Source: an uncultured virus (IMG/VR IMGVR_UViG_3300035698_025391) (taxonomy: Duplodnaviria > Heunggongvirae > Uroviricota > Caudoviricetes). Taken from it: DNA of 64,000 bases. The position numbers were made by a program, and so were the translations under genes. The stretch lies in IMG/VR virus record IMGVR_UViG_3300035698_025391; one strand, written 5' to 3'. This document shows positions 1 through 10,062 of this stretch, one piece after another (the first letter of the stretch is position 1; the number at the start of each line of letters is the position of its first letter). The notes beneath the pieces were generated by a model. It saw only the letters and a list, made by a program, of their open reading frames with translations. It was not told the DNA's origin and searched no databases.

Positions 1-74
1 CCTTTAAGTGCTTTAACTAATATCTTGTATTCTTGCTCCGATAGCCTAATATCTATGCGTTTGTTCTTATTCAT
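1..74 (-). CDS. Partial (runs off window start) ribbon-helix-helix-like DNA-binding protein
   Basis: Minus strand reads MNKNKRIDIRLSEQEYKILVKALK after GGAG SD; beta-strand R-I-D-I-R-L followed by S-E-x-E helix cap is typical of CopG/MobC RHH proteins; not in the ORF track. Confidence 0.55.
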   Translation of the reverse strand, partial: MNKNKRIDIRLSEQEYKILVKALK

Positions 75-98
75 AACAATCTCCGTGAGTTATAGTAA

Positions 99-128
99 CG
101 TATTACGTTGTACACACATTGTAATACG
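99..128. promoter_or_regulatory. Inverted repeat CGTATTAC..GTAATACG, putative operator
   Basis: 8-bp inverted repeat between the promoter and the SD of the RHH-like gene; same octamer recurs three times at 1439-1492. Confidence 0.45.
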
Positions 129-152
129 GTAGATCTCTCCATTCCTACCTTT

Positions 153-180
153 AATATAAGCACTATTTAGCCATTGTCAA
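153..180 (-). promoter_or_regulatory. Sigma70-like promoter driving leftward transcription
   Basis: Minus strand TTGACA-16 nt-TATATT upstream of the RHH-like gene. Confidence 0.6.
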
Positions 181-351
181 GGGGTGGTCTAGAACAAAAT
201 AGCATAACATAGTAGTATAACTATCTATTTAGTAACAAAAAGGCTTAATATGGCCTTATATTACTTATTCCAGAACGAAACAGCTTATTTAGGCCTAATG
301 GGGGCTTAAAAAACAACAAAAACGGCCTATTTGGCCAAAAAGGAGGTAAAA

Positions 352-552
352 ATGGGTAGTTTGTATTATCTTTTGGTACTTATATGTATTAATGGTGTGC
401 TTAGTCCGATGTTCGGTATGTTGAAATTCAACCTAGATAACAACCTGAAAGGAGTTCCAGCGGACATGCTAAGGGGAGCTTGGGTTCAGTCTACCTGCTA
501 TGCCGTCTTATTCCTACTCATTGAACGACCGGGTATGTTCATAATACCATAA
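352..552 (+). CDS. Hypothetical membrane protein
   Basis: ATG after AAGGAGG; hydrophobic segments. Confidence 0.5.
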   Translation: MGSLYYLLVLICINGVLSPMFGMLKFNLDNNLKGVPADMLRGAWVQSTCYAVLFLLIERPGMFIIP

Positions 553-895
553 TATCATAATACAACAATATTACTATGTTAGGAGGCTCTATGGAGAAGA
601 AAATCATACGGTTCGAGATGGACAAGAATATGTTACTTGCTGTTGTGGTAGCTGTTGTGGTAGTGGTACTATTCATATGTGCTACCCTCAGTCAGATCTT
701 CGGGAGGTGCCCATGAGAGAAAAACAATTGAAAAAGAAGAAGAAAGATGAACTGGTGGCTATAGTGATACGACTTGAACAAGAGGTACAGTCCTTAAGAG
801 AGGCAAGAGAAGCCTCTACAGCCGTATATGGCCCTATCCCCAAAACGGCATTCTGGTAGATAATTCTAACTATATCAACAAGATAGGAGGCCTCG

Positions 896-1099
896 ATGGC
901 TAATAGGCTACAAAAGGTTCAAGTTGAAACAGGTAAAGATGTCTATGTGGAAGGAAGAGATCAAAGGGAGATAGCCTACCTCAAAGCAGAAAATTCGAGA
1001 CTACGTGAACTACTACAGGAAAGGGGAAGGAAGATACCACATGTCCGTAAAGTAAGACATCGCGATAGCCAACATACACTCGGCTATATCATCGCATAA
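896..1099 (+). CDS. Hypothetical coiled-coil protein
   Basis: AGGAGG SD; EIAYLKAENSRLRELL heptads. Confidence 0.55.
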   Translation: MANRLQKVQVETGKDVYVEGRDQREIAYLKAENSRLRELLQERGRKIPHVRKVRHRDSQHTLGYIIA

Positions 1100-1215
1100 G
1101 GAGATCACAATGCTGACACTCAGTGAGAAGTTCTTCTGCTTCGTACTAGCCATTTGGATGGCATTCATTGTCGCTATGGCTGGTACCATCATTTACCTGT
1201 TTGTCTAAATAGCTA

Positions 1216-1361
1216 ACTATATCAATACTATACAATTACGTTAGAAATATTGTGGAGGATGGTCGAACTTTCTTCACTTCGCGACGGTGTGGCTCTCTAG
1301 CACCCATGCTTGTATTATACAGTAGTATAGTTATAGTATAGTTGTATAGTATTGATATAGT
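1216..1361. repeat. Perfect 20-bp inverted repeat with 106-nt spacer
   Basis: ACTATATCAATACTATACAA (1216-1235) and its exact reverse complement (1342-1361) in AT-rich non-coding DNA. Confidence 0.85.
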
Positions 1362-1438
1362 AAAGCAATGATAATGGTAGCATATAATCATATTAACATA
1401 CAGTACTTAAGTACCAGTATTTATTTAATTATTCATAA

Positions 1439-1492
1439 CGTAATACAATATAATGAACTAACGTAATACGATACATGCTGGTATCGTAATAC
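1439..1492 (+). repeat. Three direct CGTAATAC repeats at 23-bp period
   Basis: Copies start at 1439, 1462 and 1485. Confidence 0.8.
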
Positions 1493-1794
1493 ACTACAGG
1501 TATGGAGACAATATGGCCAAACCACAATGTAGTACATTAGGCAATTTAATTAAGCTTAAATGGCAAAGTATTGACTGGGTATCAGCCTTATTGTTCTTCA
1601 TGCTCTCTATCACAATTATAGTTGTGATTATTATCTGTCGTTTATGTCTTACTCACTATGCTATAGACCATTGGCCTAGTTGGATTGCTTGGTTAATTAG
1701 ACATGGTTAATGCTCTTATAGAGGACGTGGTCTAATATTCTAGCCCGAGATCGAAAATCGTATGATTACAGTGTATTAAAGGAGCATCAATCAA

Positions 1795-2067
1795 GTGACT
1801 ATTTTCATCGACAATTTGAGGCTCAACACTGACCCTGATTTGTGCCCAAGTGACATAGTTTGTCACCTATGTACTGATGGGCCAATAGAGAACCTCCACA
1901 CGTTTGTCCGTGATATTTTAGGATTCAAGGATAGGCAGTGGTTTGATGATAGACCTGATAGACAGCACTATGACATTGATGCTGATGAAGCCTTGATTGC
2001 TTTGAGAGCCGGGGCAATTCAACAACTATTCTATCGTAAGTCGATAGTTAATACTCTAGCTGTATAA
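1795..2067 (+). CDS. DUF4031-like protein
   Basis: MTIFID...CHL..D...NLHTF...WF...HYDI...A.RAGA pattern. Confidence 0.65.
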   Translation: MTIFIDNLRLNTDPDLCPSDIVCHLCTDGPIENLHTFVRDILGFKDRQWFDDRPDRQHYDIDADEALIALRAGAIQQLFYRKSIVNTLAV

Positions 2068-2092
2068 CATAGTATAATACATGGAGGTATAA

Positions 2093-2377
2093 ATGGGTTA
2101 TTCAATCTATGCTCTATATGACAATGAAGCTGATCAAGTCAAAGCGATTGAGCTACTTAACAATCACTTTGTACGTCCACACGGGGACGATAGTGCAATA
2201 TCAGGTCCTTGTACTGATCCTGCCTATCGAAATAAAAAGCACCAATTCATAGTTGGTTTTGACTACAGCTCATGGATAGAAGAGAATGAACGTGAATATC
2301 TCATGGCCTTGATGCATTGGTTGAGGAGTATACATGGTGGTGAGCTCTGGTATGACGGATGTAGATTAATAATGTGA
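2093..2377 (+). CDS. Hypothetical protein
   Basis: GGAGGT SD, 94 aa ORF. Confidence 0.6.
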   Translation: MGYSIYALYDNEADQVKAIELLNNHFVRPHGDDSAISGPCTDPAYRNKKHQFIVGFDYSSWIEENEREYLMALMHWLRSIHGGELWYDGCRLIM

Positions 2378-2484
2378 GGCCTGAATGTCATCTGTAGAGA
2401 TCCACGAGAAGATGAGGATTTGAGACATCCAGCCCAAATTACTTACAACTGTGATCCTAACCATAGTCGTAGAAGGAGATACTG

Positions 2485-2910
2485 ATGGAACTTATAAACC
2501 GGTGTAAAATGCTCATTGAGGTCATGGATGGAGACCATCCGAAGTACAGTTTAAATGTCAATGGTAATAATGTGGTGGAGATGTGTGGTATGATGCACAT
2601 ACTGCCTGCCGCCATTATTGAACTGGCACCAAAGGAAACTCTGGTAATTCATACCCACGTGCCTAGCAACAGGGTCAAGATGAGATGCTTGAAAGGGCTC
2701 TTGGTAGGAGATATGCCTATTGTTAGGATCACGGTTGAAGCATTGGACTTGTCTAGCCCCGAGGAGGACGCTGTCAAAGTGCTGGAAGAGACCCTTACAA
2801 CCGCAGTCACAACGTATGAAAAGTCTTCAGGCAAGATGGTGCGTAAGGTCATTGTTATGCGTTTTGGTGTGAACGTGCCAATAGACGTCATACAAATGAA
2901 TACTCTGTAG
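2485..2910 (+). CDS. Hypothetical protein
   Basis: AAGGAG SD, 141 aa. Confidence 0.6.
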   Translation: MELINRCKMLIEVMDGDHPKYSLNVNGNNVVEMCGMMHILPAAIIELAPKETLVIHTHVPSNRVKMRCLKGLLVGDMPIVRITVEALDLSSPEEDAVKVLEETLTTAVTTYEKSSGKMVRKVIVMRFGVNVPIDVIQMNTL

Positions 2911-2947
2911 TATAACTATAACGTAGTGTAAATAGGAGGTAGTGAGC

Positions 2948-3676
2948 ATGACAGCTATTTATGAAAAGAATAGATTCAACGACGAGAACTGCCCTAATAA
3001 GGTAGCCATAGAAGAGATGTTCACAACTTATGCTGGACAAAGAATGGCAAGTGATGCTTTATCTATTACTGGGCCAAACTACAAGCGACATGCAAAGAAC
3101 ATAATACCTAAAATTGTAAGGACGAAAGCCTCAACCTTTACCGTAGTAGAGATTGAAAAGGGCACAATGAATATTATATTAGCCGAGGCTAAACAGTGCT
3201 CAATTACAGTTGAGCATCGTTTAGAGTGTAGGTATAAATCTCCGATATTCTATCTTGGTAATGTATCTGGAATTGCCCGTAGTTTTAGATTTGAAGATTT
3301 AGACCTCACTTGTACCTGGGATCAGGCATTTCCAATATTCCACGATAGATTGCTGAAACAATCTAAAACTCGCTCAAGGCAGAAGTGTATGATATTTACC
3401 GTCAGTGAGCGTAATGGTTGTGGTTCAGAGAATATGATCAAGGGCATAAACAGCCTATTGGCTATTCTACATGCGAAGATTTCCGGATTCAATAACGTCC
3501 AGGAAGGCTTTAATATAGATAACAAAGTATGTAATAATCGAGAAAATAGTGAAAGAAGAAGCTACAGATATGTTCAAGATCCTGATTGGGTAAAGCATGG
3601 GAGGATACATCATATGGAAGCCTTTAAGTACAAAGATGAATCCCCAATGTTTACGTTCATGATAATGTATATATAA
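2948..3676 (+). CDS. Hypothetical protein, possibly divergent Rossmann/methyltransferase-like
   Basis: AGGAGGT SD; TVVEIEK and FEDLDLT strands weakly resemble MTase motifs. Confidence 0.5.
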   Translation: MTAIYEKNRFNDENCPNKVAIEEMFTTYAGQRMASDALSITGPNYKRHAKNIIPKIVRTKASTFTVVEIEKGTMNIILAEAKQCSITVEHRLECRYKSPIFYLGNVSGIARSFRFEDLDLTCTWDQAFPIFHDRLLKQSKTRSRQKCMIFTVSERNGCGSENMIKGINSLLAILHAKISGFNNVQEGFNIDNKVCNNRENSERRSYRYVQDPDWVKHGRIHHMEAFKYKDESPMFTFMIMYI

Positions 3677-3698
3677 TAATATAAGGAGATAATTTAGT

Positions 3699-4184
3699 AT
3701 GTTCAATTTCATAGAAGTAATGGCAAATTCACAAATAGTATCTAGTCTGTCAAAAGAGGATTATACCACATTGATGTATGTTCAGATCGGTGATGAATGT
3801 ATGATTAAAGGCGAAGCCTTCGATTGGTTAGACTCTCTTACATTGGCATGGGATGACGATGCTAATGAAATTATCATTACCAAAGATACTGTATTCGCTC
3901 CACTATCGGACAGTGCTCATGAACACTTCCGTCTACAAGGAGTGGATATGTCCGGCTCTCCAGGTACGGAGGAACAGTTCATTGTAAATATGCTGGGTGT
4001 AACATATCCATTTATGCCCATAACCCTGGCTTCCCAACTTCTTGATCTTATGGCAAAAGGTCATAACCTGCGTGGGTTTTTTATAGAACGTAAAATAGGT
4101 GCGGTCTTTCAGCCTGACGGGACTGGTAGATTTACAGAGGGCGGTGCCATCGCTCATCAGAAAGGTAAATTCAACGTAGTATAA
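3699..4184 (+). CDS. Hypothetical protein
   Basis: AAGGAG SD, 161 aa. Confidence 0.6.
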   Translation: MFNFIEVMANSQIVSSLSKEDYTTLMYVQIGDECMIKGEAFDWLDSLTLAWDDDANEIIITKDTVFAPLSDSAHEHFRLQGVDMSGSPGTEEQFIVNMLGVTYPFMPITLASQLLDLMAKGHNLRGFFIERKIGAVFQPDGTGRFTEGGAIAHQKGKFNVV

Positions 4185-4467
4185 ATAGGAGGTGTAGGCC
4201 AATGTACATTTGGATCGCTGTGATTGCTCTTGCTCTTATCATAGGACTGGTGTTAGTGGCAACCTGTGAAAGTAGTAGAGCTAACATTGCGGAAACAGTT
4301 GTCAAGGAACAGATCATATTTCGAAAGGACGGTCTTTCTCCCCGGCTACGTTCAGAGTTGGACAGGGCTGTGTATGCGTTACATCCTTACTCCTGTATCA
4401 AGGAGTCACGCATACTTGACAAGATCATTAGAGATAACAAAGAGCAGAAAGAGAGGAGAGGACGCAT

Positions 4468-4668
4468 ATGATAGGGGAACATAAACGTATAGCATTGGGC
4501 AAGTTTATAAGGTCTGTCTGGCTGAAGATAGAGAAGGGTTGTCCTCATCGGAAAGAGAGTCCCGGTTATATTCGGTGTACCCACCCAGAGGGAGACAATA
4601 TCGTGTTAGCCGGGGACAAGTGCGTCCCGCCTTGCCATGCTTACAGATGTCCCTATGTAGTCCTATGA
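4468..4668 (+). CDS. Small Cys-rich protein (CxHP..C..CP family)
   Basis: RCTHPEG...CHAYRCPY; ATGA overlap with upstream gene. Confidence 0.55.
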   Translation: MIGEHKRIALGKFIRSVWLKIEKGCPHRKESPGYIRCTHPEGDNIVLAGDKCVPPCHAYRCPYVVL

Positions 4669-5862
4669 AAGGAGAAGCATGACACCCGGAGAACGATACA
4701 TGGAACTGTACGAATGGGTACGAACGGAACATCCAACAACTGTTGAAGTCTTGGCGAGAACCTATGTAGCACTTAAGGACCAAGATGAAGATAGCAGGAA
4801 GGTGAGGTACGCCAATGATTCCCAAAATTAAAGCATATTTCAGCAATCCATCAGGTGCTGCCTTATTGTTCGTTATGATAATGGCTGTGCTTATCGTAGT
4901 CGGTATTCATTATATTGAAAGCAATGCCTCCGCTACCAGTAAGCCTCCGATTACAATCGAATGTCATGGTGGTTACTTATGGGCTGTTGCTTACAACAAC
5001 CATAACATAGTCGATATCGAACAAGTATGGGACGTTCGTGGATCCGATGACTTTCCCATAAAGTGTGAGCGAAAGGAGAACATTTGATGACCCTTCCGGA
5101 AGCCTACTATCAAATCGAAGCTCTGAAAGCAAAACAACAGGCTATTCAAGCAAGACTCTTGTTACTCACTTATGAAAATGATCGCTCCGCTTGGGCCAGG
5201 GCGGACGAGCTTGCCCTGGCCTCCGAGAACCTTGCTAAGGAAATAACAGCCATCTGTAAAATGGCCCATCAAAGTGTAAATAGAAAGGAGTAACCGTCAC
5301 CATAATTTCAACAATAGTGATAATAATGATAATAATGACCTGTATCATAGTAGCAATTCTTGGGGCCCATGGTGTGTGGCGAAGGCGATTTGAAATGAAC
5401 ATTGATATTCTAATGAGCCGATTCGCCGCGATAATCATGGTGTTATGTGTCATTTATATAATAGCAGAGATTGCTATAAGGAATATGGTATCATAACGGA
5501 GGATACCAATCTGACTCCCATCGAAATCTACAAACCAACACAAAAGGGATAGGCAGACATGGAGACTAAAGGAACAAATAACATTTCAGATGAAGCACCT
5601 GTTTGGATACGTATAGAATCGTCTGGAGCAATCGCAGCTCTCAAGGCAAGTAAATGCCAGTGCCATATCTGTAACAAATGGAAGGATCTCTTGATTGACT
5701 GTTCTTATCCAGATGTTACTAAAGACTTTTCGACTCCTCCTAATCCCGACAATAACTTCACGACTGGCCGCTTTATCAGAATATGTGCTGGGTGTATTAT
5801 GATGTTCAATATTATTATTCAAGTGGCAAAGGACCATAAAGAGAGCCAAGAGGAGACGTCTG

Positions 5863-6345
5863 ATGTATGCACCGACAGCTGATGGTATAACGCATATCAA
5901 TATATACAGTCGCAGTCAGACTGCTCTTGGTAGGTGGCTTTCTAACTTCACAAAAGAGCCCATGACACTGGACGGAACCGGAATACATGATGGCTGGTTC
6001 AATAGCATAGAGGCCTATTGGTACTGGCTCACACGTAGGGACGACAGATTGAGACCACTATACGGTTTCAATGCCAAAAAAATGGGCAAGCAACTTCCCG
6101 TCGTACTACAGAGCCAGGGATTTAACACTGTGAAGATGCACTCGGAGTTTGAGGCCAGGATAAGATATGCTATGTGGGTCAAATTATGTATTAATGAACC
6201 GATGCAAAAAGAGTTCACAGCTTCAGTCTTGCCTTTTGCACACTACTACGTATTCGGTGGGCATGTCAAGTCTGCCGGTCATACATGGATAATCGAAATC
6301 TGGGAATTCTATCGCCAGCACTTGAAGGAGATGGCTCATGGCTGA
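5863..6345 (+). CDS. Conserved phage protein, possibly NADAR-like
   Basis: HINIYS...LGRWLSNF...FNSIEAYWYWL resembles the LSNF/F.S.E.Y core of NADAR/YbiA-type folds. Confidence 0.5.
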   Translation: MYAPTADGITHINIYSRSQTALGRWLSNFTKEPMTLDGTGIHDGWFNSIEAYWYWLTRRDDRLRPLYGFNAKKMGKQLPVVLQSQGFNTVKMHSEFEARIRYAMWVKLCINEPMQKEFTASVLPFAHYYVFGGHVKSAGHTWIIEIWEFYRQHLKEMAHG

Positions 6346-6658
6346 TCGCGATGCCTTACAGGTGGTCCGCAAGCTTAACAGTGAAGAGCATCTTAAGAAC
6401 TTTGATGTCTTTAAGCGGATCGCCTTGATAGAATCAATAAAATGGTACGAGATACTGTCTGAAGTATTGGCACAGCTCGAAAGAGAATGGGAGGAAGAAG
6501 TCTACTCCTGTATTTTCAATACCGACCATTTGTACACAGCCAGACAGTGCTGTGACAATGGCCTCCATGCCCATCCTTGTGCTCATCCAGATAATCGCCA
6601 GCCAGGTGTGTGGGGAAATTGTAGACCGAGGTACTGCCCACTCAAAGAGGAGGAATAA
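6338..6658 (+). CDS. Hypothetical protein with C-terminal CxHP..C..CP motif
   Basis: PCAHPDN...NCRPRYCPL. Confidence 0.55.
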   Translation: MADRDALQVVRKLNSEEHLKNFDVFKRIALIESIKWYEILSEVLAQLEREWEEEVYSCIFNTDHLYTARQCCDNGLHAHPCAHPDNRQPGVWGNCRPRYCPLKEEE

Positions 6659-6660
6659 GC

Positions 6661-6924
6661 ATGCCAGACTATCCCAAGTGCATAAGGTGCGGTTGGTGCT
6701 GTATCATAGCCCCCTGTGGACTTGGCAGTGATCCTTGTGAACATTTGATAATACATGAGGATATGACCACTTCCTGTGCTATAATTGAGCAGCTTGCTAG
6801 ATTCCTCAACGCCGGATGCTTTTTACATTGTTCACCTGAAGTAACCGCTATACATGCGTTGGTATACAACCCTGAACTAATCAAACGCGAAATACATGAG
6901 CAACGTAAGGAGGAAGTGTTATGA
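6661..6924 (+). CDS. YkgJ-like Cys-cluster protein
   Basis: CIRCGWCC...PCEHL...SCAI motif. Confidence 0.55.
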   Translation: MPDYPKCIRCGWCCIIAPCGLGSDPCEHLIIHEDMTTSCAIIEQLARFLNAGCFLHCSPEVTAIHALVYNPELIKREIHEQRKEEVL

Positions 6925-7264
6925 TGATAGACCCTACTGTCTGGCTTGTATCTATCATTGGTACCGTATGTATAGGATTTGGTACCTTGTTGATATTGAG
7001 TATGATCAACAAAATGGTCCACAAAACATGGGGTGTCACGGCAACTTGGGAAATATACGCCGTCACCATTGGTGTCATGATAATATATTTCATCAATATA
7101 TTGAGTTCCGTAAGGTAGAGTAGAGGAGGTATACAATGTCTGATGGTTCCTAAAGGACCGGAGGCCTCTCAACTGGATAGACATGCATGGCGATCAATGC
7201 TTCTGCTTCGCATGTCCTATAATTATGAAGTTTTGTACTGTTAAAAAGTGTGAAGGGAGATGAC

Positions 7265-7717
7265 ATGTTCGGACGTAATGTTAAGATGACTGATACTGGC
7301 TCCTGTGGGCATACCATACACACTTTGGATCTAAAGCCTAGTGTAATACCAATCACATTATGTGGTATATCCTTCGCCATCGCAGAGATGTCGGATGAGC
7401 CTGTTGACTGTACGAAGTGTCTATCTTTGGAGGTCAATGTATTAAAGGCCAGGTTACAGATTATGTTCGATAAGGACCATGGTCTTGATAGGCCCGGAAC
7501 CGCTTTCATGTGGATCAGCCTTATGGGTATAGATGGTAGGACCAGTTATGGGTCCTATAAACGTATCACACAGAAATGTCTCGAAGGAAGAAAATACGAG
7601 ATTCAGAATGTCGATGGTGGTGTTGGTATTATGATCCTGGACTCTGTCTTTAATCCAAAATTCAGTGGTGATAAGGGTTGGAATAAACCTTTAGAGTGTC
7701 CCCGAGGCACATGGTGA
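7265..7717 (+). CDS. HC3 zinc-finger family protein
   Basis: GHTIH...TLCG...VDCTKCL. Confidence 0.6.
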   Translation: MFGRNVKMTDTGSCGHTIHTLDLKPSVIPITLCGISFAIAEMSDEPVDCTKCLSLEVNVLKARLQIMFDKDHGLDRPGTAFMWISLMGIDGRTSYGSYKRITQKCLEGRKYEIQNVDGGVGIMILDSVFNPKFSGDKGWNKPLECPRGTW

Positions 7718-8088
7718 GGAGAACTGAACATGGCTTACAAAATCATTATCGAGAAAAATCAAGTACCGATCGGTGCGGATGATAGACCCAGGGTTGTATT
7801 CAAACATGTTTTACCACCAATTGGTCGTGACGATGATCCAGGAAGGCCCCTCCTTGAAGAAGTACTCACCTTATTTGGCTTAGTACGTCATGATGTCAAC
7901 AAGCTCGGTAGCGAAACCGCAATGTTTTTCACTTCCTCGGATTTTGATGAACGGATCAAAAAGTGTGGACTTCCTGAACTTAAAACACTGCTTGACATGT
8001 TTCATCAAGTAGCCTATGATTCGATATTGTTCACTGTGGTTCAGTCGAATTCATGACATATTGTATCATAATGAAAGGATAATATGAT

Positions 8089-8568
8089 ATGAACTTCAAG
8101 GAACGTAAGAACGGACAAGTCAGACGTCAGATACTCAAGGCTCTGGTGGATGATCCAGTACTCGACATCATTACCAGCCCTGAAGTTGAGCCTCTGTACT
8201 CCATCGCCGATGTATCCAAGACTTTGGATATAAAAAGAGAGAGGTTAAGAGACTGGCTTGTCCGTAGATTCGTGATTCCGACAATGGCTTCCACCAGTAA
8301 AGGAACCATAACCATTTTTACAATCAGGACGTTACTGAATGTGGCCCTATTCAAGGAACTGGTAACATTAGGGCTAACTCGTGAAACCGCGAGCAATGCT
8401 GTGAAAAATTTCAGAAGCAAGTGGGAGACAACGAGTCCGATCAACAATGTGGCGGTATTGTATCTGTTGGATAATTATACCAAAGTAGTGGTTGATGTGC
8501 ACGGTATTAGATGCCGTTATACACGTAGGAGCTGTTGCGTTACACAAATAGGCAGATATAACATCTGA
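8089..8568 (+). CDS. MerR-like helix-turn-helix protein
   Basis: LYSIADVSKTLDIKRERLRDWLVRRFVIP...LFKELVTLGL. Confidence 0.65.
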   Translation: MNFKERKNGQVRRQILKALVDDPVLDIITSPEVEPLYSIADVSKTLDIKRERLRDWLVRRFVIPTMASTSKGTITIFTIRTLLNVALFKELVTLGLTRETASNAVKNFRSKWETTSPINNVAVLYLLDNYTKVVVDVHGIRCRYTRRSCCVTQIGRYNI

Positions 8569-8599
8569 TGATCCTGCCACAATTGAGGAGGACAAAAAA

Positions 8600-9775
8600 G
8601 TGAAAATAAGCCACACAATGGAGTTACTCGTCCAGATTGTAGAGTACATCAAAGTACCCGTAAGGAGCAAGGGATCTATAGCTTCGTATAGACACAAAGC
8701 ATATAAACATGCCTATATCATTAACTGTACTAGGATTGATGAGAAATTGACACCTTTCCAACTCGGCCTCTTTATCAGGTGCTGTAAGGTCGTGCTTGAG
8801 TCTTATGTCAGACCATGCCCTCATTATCGTGAATGGTATCAAATGATTATAGAAACGCGAGCAACACTAGCCCCTTATAAAAAGGCAGAACGTCTTGCCG
8901 AGATAAAACTTATGATGAAAACATTCATTACCCTGACTGACCAAGTGGACAAGGAGCCGGTAGCTAACAGAGCCTGTATTAAGTCCATTCGATACCGGGC
9001 ACTACTTGAGGCACAGATTCTCTTTGAATTACACAACGAACTGACAATTGATCAGCTCAGCCTCTTTATAAAACGTTGTAAAAATATGCTGACTACATTC
9101 AATACCACACAAGCAAGCACATACACTGAATGGTGGAAAATACATGATGCAGTGAGCAGTATATTGGACTTACAACCAACCGTAACATTAGGTACTCCCG
9201 ACATAATCAAGGAGGATGGACAAATGGGAATTACTGAAATTGAACACTCGATTGGTATGCTTATAGAATTGACGAGAAGAATGAAAGAGGCACCTGTAAC
9301 CAGCAAGGAATATGTCGCAGGACTCAGGGCACGTGCCCAATCGCATGCCGACGATATTTATGGTGCCTTAGTTGATGATGAATTGGTAACTTCTCAAATA
9401 CTGGATCTCATCAGTTGCTGTTCTGTAATGCTTGCATCCTATACCAGAACGAAAAGTTTTAACTACAGAAAATTGATCAGGACTAGAGAAGCAGCACAGG
9501 ACCTACTACTCATCCGGGAACGACAGCAAGGCAAACTCGATCCTGAAGCAGAGGAATTCTTCTTGATCATGTCACATGACGATAAGCTACTGTCCAAGTC
9601 TCTTATCAAGATTGTCCCAGGGATGGGCCTTCTTAATGAAGAGATTAATGACCTGATCGACGCGAGAAAGATAAATGTTAATAATGTGAAGGAGAGTATT
9701 AAACTCGTGCGTGTCCTATTCTTGAGCAGCCACGAGATAACCTCAAGGTTCCATGTGAAAGGATTAAAAATATGA
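8600..9775 (+). CDS. Protein with three tandem ~100-aa helical repeats plus C-terminal domain
   Basis: Repeated PV..K......R..A...LT..QL..FI..C...L..Y....Y.EW unit. Confidence 0.7.
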   Translation: MKISHTMELLVQIVEYIKVPVRSKGSIASYRHKAYKHAYIINCTRIDEKLTPFQLGLFIRCCKVVLESYVRPCPHYREWYQMIIETRATLAPYKKAERLAEIKLMMKTFITLTDQVDKEPVANRACIKSIRYRALLEAQILFELHNELTIDQLSLFIKRCKNMLTTFNTTQASTYTEWWKIHDAVSSILDLQPTVTLGTPDIIKEDGQMGITEIEHSIGMLIELTRRMKEAPVTSKEYVAGLRARAQSHADDIYGALVDDELVTSQILDLISCCSVMLASYTRTKSFNYRKLIRTREAAQDLLLIRERQQGKLDPEAEEFFLIMSHDDKLLSKSLIKIVPGMGLLNEEINDLIDARKINVNNVKESIKLVRVLFLSSHEITSRFHVKGLKI

Positions 9776-10062
9776 ACAGTGAATGTCAATTCTTCCAAAG
9801 CGGATGTGGCCATCCGCTTCAAACAAACGGACATACTTGTGACGAGAATGTCAGTTGTCCATTGATCACCCAGTTTGGTCGCCCGTTACTTGACATGAAG
9901 GCGTCCGTGCTCAAAGCAAGTACTATGAAGAATGACTTGTGCATCAAAATACTCGCCGAGATCCTTGAATTTGAAAAGCAGACTGGAACCGAGGTGTCAT
10001 CCATTGAGCTATGCAGAGTGGGTATTCATGGCAGACAAGTTGACACAATGGTAAAATTATAA
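9772..10062 (+). CDS. Hypothetical protein with CxHP..C..CP motif
   Basis: GCGHPLQTNGHTCDENVSCPL. Confidence 0.55.
   Translation: MNSECQFFQSGCGHPLQTNGHTCDENVSCPLITQFGRPLLDMKASVLKASTMKNDLCIKILAEILEFEKQTGTEVSSIELCRVGIHGRQVDTMVKL

Noticed and set aside
4180..4187. T4-type late promoter TATAAATA
   Set aside because: Only one exact instance noticed in this motif family, in AT-rich DNA, and the sister copy reads TGTAAATA
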